Shown: piece by piece, positions 25,465 to 32,000 of the stretch
Numbering within the stretch: position 1 is the first letter of the stretch
How the letters are laid out: each line of letters opens with the position of its first letter
Assembly (NCBI RefSeq): GCF_000008645.1
Contig: NC_000916.1
Span: forward strand, 1,320,001-1,352,000
DNA: 32,000 nt
DNA from: Methanothermobacter thermautotrophicus str. Delta H
GTDB lineage: Archaea > Methanobacteriota > Methanobacteria > Methanobacteriales > Methanothermobacteraceae
Reading direction: 5' to 3'
Notes under the pieces: model-generated
Database searches by the model: none
The model's input: only the letters and a program-made list of their open reading frames with translations
Told to the model about the DNA's origin: nothing
Position numbers and translations under genes: made by a program

Positions 25465-25502
25465 AATAAAATGTTCATGATATATAAAGTTTGTGATATA
25501 TT
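25432..25502. promoter_or_regulatory. Four (T)GATATAT(C) elements in the divergent PadR / TIM-barrel intergenic region (candidate operators and/or TATA boxes)
   Basis: ATATATCAG 25432-25440 (inverted orientation), palindrome GATATATC 25447-25454, TGATATATA 25478-25486, TGATATATT 25494-25502. Spacings are about 15-16 and 32 bp. Confidence 0.4.
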
Positions 25503-25642
25503 GATGAGGCGTCCTTTAACCGGTGATGATGGGGAGGGAATCTGGCGGTATCCCGTGAAACTGCGCGGGTAACTTGTGGGTACTGCAATCAAATGGAAAG
25601 ACTCATAAGCCCCGATAAATAGAAGATCTACCGGGATCTGAT

Positions 25643-26392
25643 ATGAGACTTGGTTTTTCAACCCTGGCGCTTTTCATGGAGCCACTGGAAAACATCCTTC
25701 AGAAAGCAGAGGATGACGGTTTTGAACTTGTAGAGCTCCTCTGTGAGGGACCCTACTGGCCAAGAAGGCTACTTCAGGACGGGGATTCCTTGGAAGTCTT
25801 CGAGTCCTTCGACCTCGAGGTCCTTATCCACGCACCCACCATAGACCTGAACCCTGCAAGCATGAACCGGGGTATAAGGGAGGAGACAGGGAGGCAGATG
25901 GTCGAGACAATTGAACTTGCATCAAGGATAGGTGCAACAACAGTCACAACCCACCCTGGAGTGGTCCACCGGAGGGAGGACAGGATAAGGAGTGCTGCAC
26001 TCCAGTTCGCACTTGAAACACTTGGTGAATGCGTTGAATACGCAGAGGATCTGTCCATAAAATTCTCAGTCGAAAACATGCCCGGAAGATTCTCCTACCT
26101 CTGCAATAACCCTGCAGAACATGAGAGATTTGTTGAAAAATGTGGCTCCTACGCAACGGTTGACATAGGACATGCCAACACTACAGGGCGTCTCCAGGAT
26201 TTCCTGGAGATCAAAAGAACAGCCCACTATCACATCAGTGACAATAACGGGAAGAGGGACCAGCACCTGCCCCTCGGGGAGGTCACAGTCGATCTTAAAC
26301 TCCTGGGATCCATAGAGAGGGGTGTGATAGAACTGAACAGCTATGATGGTGTAATCAGGAGCAGAAGAATCCTTGAGGAGGTCGTCCGTTGA
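25643..26392 (+). CDS. Xylose-isomerase-like TIM-barrel protein (sugar phosphate isomerase/epimerase, AP endonuclease 2 superfamily)
   Basis: 249 aa: FELVELL, IHAP, TTHPG, SVENMP and DIGHAN motifs in the order typical of this superfamily. Confidence 0.7.
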   Translation: MRLGFSTLALFMEPLENILQKAEDDGFELVELLCEGPYWPRRLLQDGDSLEVFESFDLEVLIHAPTIDLNPASMNRGIREETGRQMVETIELASRIGATTVTTHPGVVHRREDRIRSAALQFALETLGECVEYAEDLSIKFSVENMPGRFSYLCNNPAEHERFVEKCGSYATVDIGHANTTGRLQDFLEIKRTAHYHISDNNGKRDQHLPLGEVTVDLKLLGSIERGVIELNSYDGVIRSRRILEEVVR

Positions 26393-26402
26393 GGTGGCTG
26401 TC

Positions 26403-26960
26403 ATGAAAAAGAAGAGACTGGAGGGTCTGGTTGATGCCATATTTGCAATCGCCATGACCATACTTGTTCTGGGCATAGATGTGCCCACCGGCACCATGAG
26501 TGTTCCGGCAATGGACGCCTACATCATGGGCCTTGCATCTGATTTGTACAGCTACTGTCTCAGTTTCCTCCTCCTCGGCGTCTTCTGGTGGGTTAACCAC
26601 ATGCACTTCGAGAAACTGGAGAAGGTTGACACGGGATTCATATGGATAAACATCGTCTGGCTCATGGTCGTTGTCCTGGTACCATTCTCAACAAAGCTGA
26701 CAGGTAATTATGGAGACCTTGTAACACCCAATATCCTGTTCCACCTGAATATGCTCACCATAGGTCTTTTATTATCCATGAGCTGGATCTATACCCAGAG
26801 GAATGGTTTAATGGATATCGGAGAAAATGAATACCGCTTAATCCTGAAGAAGAATCTTTTAATGCCTCTTGCAGCCATCCTTGCACTCATCTTAACACCC
26901 ATTGCACCGGAGTACAGCTCCACCGCCTACGCAGTTCTCATATTAAAGAGGCTCCTTTAG
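26403..26960 (+). CDS. DUF1211 / TMEM175-family membrane protein (putative K+ channel)
   Basis: GAGGTGG SD overlaps the upstream stop, followed by ATG 26403 (the track starts at 26373). MKKKRLEGLVDAIFAIAMTILVLGIDVP corresponds to the R-x3-FSD-x-FAIA-TLLVL signature helix of the family. About 6 TM helices, 185 aa. Confidence 0.7.
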   Translation: MKKKRLEGLVDAIFAIAMTILVLGIDVPTGTMSVPAMDAYIMGLASDLYSYCLSFLLLGVFWWVNHMHFEKLEKVDTGFIWINIVWLMVVVLVPFSTKLTGNYGDLVTPNILFHLNMLTIGLLLSMSWIYTQRNGLMDIGENEYRLILKKNLLMPLAAILALILTPIAPEYSSTAYAVLILKRLL

Positions 26961-27012
26961 CTTCGTGGCACTTTTTCAGGACTCTGCACTTGATATACTT
27001 AAATGCAATGAT

Positions 27013-27354
27013 TCAGGGCCTTATATAGGCCCATCCCTCTGTCTGTCTTCTTACAATATGACCCACACCGGATGATACAACATCGACTCCCTCCAGGAGG
27101 TCATCCCCATCCATACCAGATGCCCTGAGGGTGTTTGAGCATGCACAGAACCTGACACCCTGACCTGTGAGTTCAGATACGTCCCCTGAGTACTCAGAAT
27201 CCCTTCTGAGGACATTAACTCCCATGGAGTAAGCCACAACCTCTATTCTGACGGATTCGAGATCAGCCATTAGGTTCCTGACATTGGAGATGAGGAGCAG
27301 AACCCTTGACTCATCATCCTCATCTATGTGGAAGACCACACGGTAATCCACCAT
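27013..27354 (-). CDS. DsrE/DsrF-like family protein (COG1416 type) with conserved Cys motif
   Basis: 113 aa: VVFHID.., VEVVAYSMGVN, and VRFCACSNTL, the conserved FxACxNT cysteine loop of this family. My recollection is that a homolog from M. thermautotrophicus was solved in structural genomics as a trimer of unknown function. Confidence 0.7.
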   Translation of the reverse strand: MVDYRVVFHIDEDDESRVLLLISNVRNLMADLESVRIEVVAYSMGVNVLRRDSEYSGDVSELTGQGVRFCACSNTLRASGMDGDDLLEGVDVVSSGVGHIVRRQTEGWAYIRP

Positions 27355-27367
27355 GACACCACCTCCG

Positions 27368-28792
27368 CTACACGGGTGTTATCCTCCCCTCAAGGCCGGC
27401 GTCCACCGGGCTGTTTCTCGCGATGTATTCTTCAAGCACATCAATGGCCCTCAGATCGGTCTCCTCATGGTCCTCACCGTACCTGGAGGGGACTCCCTGG
27501 GATGTGACGTAGACGGCACTGTAGGTCCCTGACGGGTCAAGGGGTCTGCCATTTACAAATATCTTCTGTATCCTTGCACCTGGAGGGTTCTCGATCTTGA
27601 AGTACATCTCAAGTCCGAGGCACCTCTTGAGGTAGCCCCCCATCTGATTGTAGGGGTTCCTTGAGAATACGAGTTCAATGTTTTCCTCCATCATATCCCA
27701 TATTTCCCTGCCTGTTAACCTCACCCGGGATAAAGGAGGATTTACAGGTATAATGTTCCAGAGATCCTCAATTCTGATATCTCCTGGCGGCACAGGGGCA
27801 CCGTAACGCCACCCATTGGAGAATGCAAGGTCAAAGTCCCCTGTATCCATCACGGCCTTTAGGAGGAGGTTATCCATGGTTGACTCCAGTATGGTGTACC
27901 TGTTAAGGTGGGTCCTGGTGGAGCCCACGACTGTTTCGAGGTGGTCACTGTCGGTCTCAGTTATCCTGAGCACCATCTCCTCAACATCAGGATCTGAGGG
28001 ACCCCTCACCTTCATGAGTTCATGGCTGAATCCCCTGACACCATCATCCACCTCCAGGTCAAGGCGCCCGATGAAGGAGCCATGACAGCCTGACTGTATG
28101 ATTATGGTATCTCCAACGATGTGGGGCCTCTCGAGTCTGTTGTGGGTGTGTGCGCTCAGCAGCACATCGATGCCCTCAACATCAGATGCCAGCTGAACCT
28201 CCTGTGGAAAGCCGAGGTGTGATATCACAACGGTGAGATCCACCCTCTCCTCATTCCTGAGGATATCGATCCATCCGGGGAGCTCCTCAAGGCCAAGGGT
28301 GAATTCAAGGCCCTCACTGAAGTGGGGTGGCATGACCTTATCTACGATGTTTGATGCTATCCCTATGATACCCACCTGCAGTTCCCCAACATCAAGGATT
28401 TCATAGGGCTGGAATACCAGCCGTTCGGTACCCTCACGGTAGCAGTTTATGGCAAGTACAGGGTAATTGAGCTTCTTTGAGAGTTCAATGAACCTTTCAG
28501 GTCCGTAGGCAAACTCCCAGTGAGCTGTCATGGCCTTGAATCCCATCTCATTCAGCAGGGGGATCATTGCAGCGCCCCGACTCTTCACGGCATGGTATGT
28601 GCCGTGGATGGTATCCCCGCAGTCAAGAAGTAGAGCGGGCCTCTCTTTGCGTATTTTATCAACGAGTCCAGCTATGTGCTGGTAACCACCAAGGGTCTCA
28701 TATACGATTTCACGGCCCTCCCAGAAAAGTTCGGGATGGCTTTTAATGTATCCATGGGTGTCGTTCACCTAGATTATGCTCAGTTCAGCCAT
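27368..28792 (-). pseudogene. Bifunctional metallophosphatase / 5'-nucleotidase family (UshA/SoxB-like) protein with an in-frame TAG at codon 8 (28771..28769); GTG 28768 immediately after could re-initiate
   Basis: A strong SD (AGGGGGGTG) lies 4 nt before ATG 28792: MAELSII-TAG-VNDTHGYI... Metallophosphatase motifs are present: NDTHG, DCGDTIHG, AHWEF (in place of GNHEF), SHLG, SAHTHN. A 5'-nucleotidase C-terminal domain follows. The track ORF begins at the GTG after the TAG. Confidence 0.75.
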
Positions 28793-28819
28793 AAAACACC
28801 CCCCTTACAGGTTTTAACC

Positions 28820-29611
28820 TCAGATATCTATATCCAGCAGCTCTCCTATATTCTCTATTACATAATCAGCGGCTTCTATAAGCCTCTGGGGGACATGCTC
28901 CCTCTGCTGGAGTGTAAGAACCCCTATATCGGCCTCCCTAAGTGCAAGGATGTCGTTGATGCCATTACCCACCATAACGACCTTGCTGTACCTCCCCCGG
29001 AGTTCACGTATTATCCTTGCCTTCCTCTCGGTGTCTGCAGTGTCAAATACGTTTTCAGTGGGGATTCCCAGGAGCTTTGCAAGTTCCATGAGGGACCCCT
29101 TCCTGTCCCCCGATGCAATGTATATGTCGATTTTCCTGTCCATGAGTTCACCGATAACATGGGGGACCTCCGGGAAGAGCTTTCCTCCTGCTGTTATGGT
29201 GAAATCCACCCTCCCCCGGTCCATGTTGACGATGAAACCTGAACCGCTGCATATCTGTATGTTGTAGTTCTTCCCTGCAACAGCATCTATGGTATCCTGT
29301 ATGTCCCCCACGGTGGCCGGGTCATCCCTTAGGACCTCAAGGATTTCACCGGGATCAACTGCGGTGTTGGCGTAGCTTATATTGAACCTTATATGGTTCC
29401 TCTCTATGAATTCGTAGATTGTCTGGTGGGGCCTGGCATTCACTATACAGGTGGATGGGTCCGTCTGAAGTACCACGAGTGCTCTACGGTCCCGGTAATC
29501 AACAACATCAAGTGAGTTCATGCTGTCACATATCTTACCGGTTTTAAGATCCTTGAGGGCCCTGTACCTCCTTATGAGTGTCCCTGAATTATCAAAAACA
29601 ACGGCCTTCAT
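28820..29611 (-). CDS. HAD-superfamily hydrolase related to the P-type ATPase cytoplasmic domain (soluble P-type ATPase-like), with a large cap insertion
   Basis: Motif I VVFDNSGTL (compare DKTGT). Motif IV MVGNGINDILALREADIGV (compare GDGxNDxxAL..AD.G). A roughly 130-aa insertion lies between them. Confidence 0.6.
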   Translation of the reverse strand: MKAVVFDNSGTLIRRYRALKDLKTGKICDSMNSLDVVDYRDRRALVVLQTDPSTCIVNARPHQTIYEFIERNHIRFNISYANTAVDPGEILEVLRDDPATVGDIQDTIDAVAGKNYNIQICSGSGFIVNMDRGRVDFTITAGGKLFPEVPHVIGELMDRKIDIYIASGDRKGSLMELAKLLGIPTENVFDTADTERKARIIRELRGRYSKVVMVGNGINDILALREADIGVLTLQQREHVPQRLIEAADYVIENIGELLDIDI

Positions 29612-29689
29612 CGGACCAATATATGTTTTTTATGGTATTAAGATTTTGAGAGGATACAGTGGCACCTGTAAGCGAGACCCATAAACATC

Positions 29690-30316
29690 CTAGGAATACC
29701 CTGAAATGGCCTTCAGACTTTCAATTAAGAAGTAGACTCCAAAAAGAATCAGGAATAGACTTAAAATCATCATAACAATTTTGTAAGGTCTTCCATTCAT
29801 TCTGAAGGATTTCCTTGATGAGAGGAATGATACGAGACTGTACCATGTGAGGTCAGATGACCAGTGACCTGCGAGGAATGCCAGGAGCCCAAGGACGCCT
29901 GCAAGCTCCAGTCCCCTGTACATCAGGGCAGCGCCCACCGCACCCCACCACAGGAAGAAGTATGGGTTCGCAAAGCTTATGATGGCCCCCCGAAGGATTG
30001 ACCCACCCTCAGGGATATTTTCAGTGTCTTCAGAATCCCTGAAACCAAGGATTCCCATCCATATGAGGACTGCTCCACCTGCAGTCCCAAGGATGGCTGG
30101 AGCAGGGCCTGATCTGAGGATATAACCCAGGCCCATCAGTATCAGAGTAACAAGGAGAGCCTCTCCGAGGACATGGCCGGCCACAAGGAGGGGTCCGGCC
30201 CTGAATCCCCTCCTGATGGAATCTGAAACAGTTACGGTAAGGAGGGGTCCGGGGGCCATGGCCCCGGATAGTCCAATCAGAAATGATGTCAGGGCGAATA
30301 GCAGGATACTGATCAT
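29690..30316 (-). CDS. LysE/RhtB-family amino-acid exporter
   Basis: 208 aa, 6 TM. N-terminal signature SGAMAPGPLLTVTVSDSIRRG (compare the PGP motif of the LysE family). NPYFFLWW in the middle. Confidence 0.75.
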   Translation of the reverse strand: MISILLFALTSFLIGLSGAMAPGPLLTVTVSDSIRRGFRAGPLLVAGHVLGEALLVTLILMGLGYILRSGPAPAILGTAGGAVLIWMGILGFRDSEDTENIPEGGSILRGAIISFANPYFFLWWGAVGAALMYRGLELAGVLGLLAFLAGHWSSDLTWYSLVSFLSSRKSFRMNGRPYKIVMMILSLFLILFGVYFLIESLKAISGYS

Positions 30317-30328
30317 GATTCCACGGCT

Positions 30329-30493
30329 TCAGTTGTATCTGTTCAGTATCCTCATTATCTCTGAGAGGTGGTGGTCTATCTCTTCGATCTCTTCTCTTTT
30401 AAGGGACCTTGTCCGGCTAACTATCCTCATCCTCTCGAAGACATGGTCCATCCTTGTGAGGAGTTCATTCATATACGTCCTGGTGGGGTACAT
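30329..30493 (-). CDS. Unlisted 54-codon sORF, predicted helical small protein
   Basis: Below the track length cut-off. ATG 30493..30491 is preceded by GGAGCTGA. Product MYPTRTYMNELLTRMDHVFERMRIVSRTRSLKREEIEEIDHHLSEIMRILNRYN. Stop TGA at 30331..30329, 12 nt before the LysE ATG. It fills most of an otherwise empty 266-bp same-strand gap. Confidence 0.4.
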   Translation of the reverse strand: MYPTRTYMNELLTRMDHVFERMRIVSRTRSLKREEIEEIDHHLSEIMRILNRYN

Positions 30494-30582
30494 GCTATCA
30501 GCTCCATATCAATTTCTATCACTCATAGTATAAGGATCCTTCCAGTCATCTGTGATGATTATCGGCGGCAGGGTGCCTCCAG

Positions 30583-31575
30583 TCATCCCTGAAGATCCAC
30601 CTCCAGACCCACTTCACCGGCAACGGCCCTCTCATAGATCATCCATGCTGTTGTTATATCCTGAATGGAGAGTCCAGTCGAATCAAATACGGTCACATCA
30701 GCGGGTGAAGTTCTACCCTCAATCTTGCCTGTCATAACATCCCCCAGGCTTCCCTGGAGGTCATCCACCCTGAGGATCCCCTCGGTGATGGGCACGTTTA
30801 TTTCTCCGCTGTGGGTTGCCTGCTCCAGGCTGTCATAGAATACACGGGCATTTTTGAGTATCAGAGGGTCCAGTTCCTGCTTCCCTGGGGCGTCTGCACC
30901 CATGGCACATATGTGCGTACCCGGCGACACCCAGTCTGCCATGACCACAGGACTCCTTGATGGAGTGACGGTTACAACGATGTCCATACCCTCAACAGCC
31001 TCCCTTGGATCTGTAGCGGCCCTCACGGGGACTTCATATTCCTTTGAAGCCCTTAAGGCAAATTTTTCACGCGTTGACGGTGTCCTGCAGTAGACGCTGA
31101 CCTCCTCAAGATCCGCCACCCTGCTGATTGCCATGAGCTGGGTCCAGGCCTGCCTTCCGGCACCGATTATCCCGAGCCTTGACGCGTCCCTGGATGCAAG
31201 GTACTTCACCGATACACCGCCAGCGGCACCCGTTCTCATATCGGTTATATGGGTTCCATCCATGAGTGCAATGGGGAACCCTGTTTCAGGGTCCACAAGC
31301 TCTATGACAGCCATTACCGTTGGCAGGGAATGCCTATCAGGGTTTGAGGGGTGCACATTGACGCACTTAACACCGGCCATCTCAAGCTCCTCAAGGTAGG
31401 ATGGCATGACACGGAGGTCTCCATTGTATCTCCTGAAGAACAGGTACATCTTAGGGGGCATCTGAACCCTCCCAAGGGCCTCCTGGACAAAGGCACCCTC
31501 AACCGCCTTCAGGCAGTCGTCCATGTTAAGAAGGCCTTCAACATCACTCCTGGTTAGCACAACTGTTTTTTCCAT
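30583..31575 (-). CDS. Ornithine cyclodeaminase / mu-crystallin family NAD(P) enzyme (archaeal alanine dehydrogenase-like)
   Basis: The track ORF begins at TTG 31602; ATG 31575 has a GGTGGA SD. MEKTVVLTRSDVEGLL..MP.. Rossmann motif GIIGAGRQA; ..GTHICAMGAD.PGKQELD. typical of the OCD/mu-crystallin family. Confidence 0.8.
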   Translation of the reverse strand: MEKTVVLTRSDVEGLLNMDDCLKAVEGAFVQEALGRVQMPPKMYLFFRRYNGDLRVMPSYLEELEMAGVKCVNVHPSNPDRHSLPTVMAVIELVDPETGFPIALMDGTHITDMRTGAAGGVSVKYLASRDASRLGIIGAGRQAWTQLMAISRVADLEEVSVYCRTPSTREKFALRASKEYEVPVRAATDPREAVEGMDIVVTVTPSRSPVVMADWVSPGTHICAMGADAPGKQELDPLILKNARVFYDSLEQATHSGEINVPITEGILRVDDLQGSLGDVMTGKIEGRTSPADVTVFDSTGLSIQDITTAWMIYERAVAGEVGLEVDLQG

Positions 31576-31805
31576 GCATCCACCGTCCCCATTTAATAAC
31601 AATCAGGGTCAATCTACCAATCTTTAAATATTGAACATCTCACATTTATTAGTGTTGGAAATGAAATTAAAACCACGGATGAGTACTGTCATGGCTGTCC
31701 CGGCGGTCCATGGACCGGAAACTCCACCCTCGAGGCAGTCATGGCAGCTATTAAGGTTGATCAGACTTATATCTCACTTCAACTTGAAATATAAGGGTGT
31801 TAAAG

Positions 31806-32000
31806 ATGGAAACTGTTGATAAGGTTGATATGATTAAGAATCATGGCCTGACCGCATCAGAAAATCTTGAAAAATTTCTTAAGAGGATTGAGGCAAAAAA
31901 CGATGACATCAACGCCTTCCTGGAGGTTAGGGGTGAAGAGGCGATTAAGAGGGCTGAGGAGATAGACGCCAGGATAGCCTCCGGCAAGGAGACAGGGAAA
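31806..32000 (+). CDS. gatA: Glutamyl-tRNA(Gln) amidotransferase subunit A, N-terminal fragment (continues past the right edge)
   Basis: ATG 31806: METVDKVDMIKNHGLTASENLEKFLKRIEAKNDDINAFLEVRGEEAIKRAEEIDARIASGKETGK, the typical GatA/amidase N-terminus. Open to the window end. Confidence 0.8.
   Translation, partial: METVDKVDMIKNHGLTASENLEKFLKRIEAKNDDINAFLEVRGEEAIKRAEEIDARIASGKETGK

Noticed and set aside
31631-31819. 62-aa ORF 31631..31819 upstream of gatA
   Set aside because: It uses a non-ATG start with no SD, spans the promoter region and overlaps the gatA start out of frame. It is probably spurious.
1-32000. Search for tRNA, rRNA, CRISPR arrays, transposases, integrases and known defence genes
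   Set aside because: I saw no cloverleaf-like GC-rich segments, no regularly spaced repeats of 25-40 bp, no IS-type inverted repeats with a transposase ORF, and no recognisable restriction, Cas, toxin-antitoxin or nuclease-NTPase modules. By-eye scanning cannot exclude short or divergent ncRNAs.

Overview
Chromosomal core region of a hydrogenotrophic methanogen of the Methanobacteriales. The gene content and order (mtd, hisB, fae-hps, trpB2 with TGTACA boxes, leuA-like, Alba, gatA) match my recollection of Methanothermobacter thermautotrophicus; I cannot verify that here. There are about 40 protein-coding genes in alternating strand blocks: + 836-6429, - 6556-14398, + 14526-20435, - 20545-25464, + 25643-26960, - 27013-31602, + from 31806. 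I found no rRNA, tRNA, CRISPR array, transposase, integrase or recognisable defence system. I did not find a convincing, wholly new multi-gene system, so scores are modest.

Items worth a second look:
1. Seven genes are interrupted. Five have single-base frameshifts, each reconcilable by adding one base at a short homopolymer. Two have in-frame TAG codons. This is either a sequence-quality problem or real gene decay.
2. A translationally coupled PadR / ABC ATPase / ABC-2 permease / membrane-anchored 8-bladed beta-propeller operon, with repeated ATATAT-core elements in its promoter.
3. An orphan stand-alone C39-type cysteine peptidase flanked by AT-rich DNA.
4. A basic zinc-ribbon protein behind a 600-bp AT-rich, repeat-bearing intergenic region.
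5. A six-gene minus-strand string, reading from its upstream end: OCD-like, an unlisted 54-codon sORF, LysE, an atypical HAD, a 5'-nucleotidase/SoxB-like metallophosphoesterase, and a DsrE-like protein.
6. A perfect 16-bp palindrome made of two TGTACA (TrpY-type) boxes next to the trpB2 promoter.
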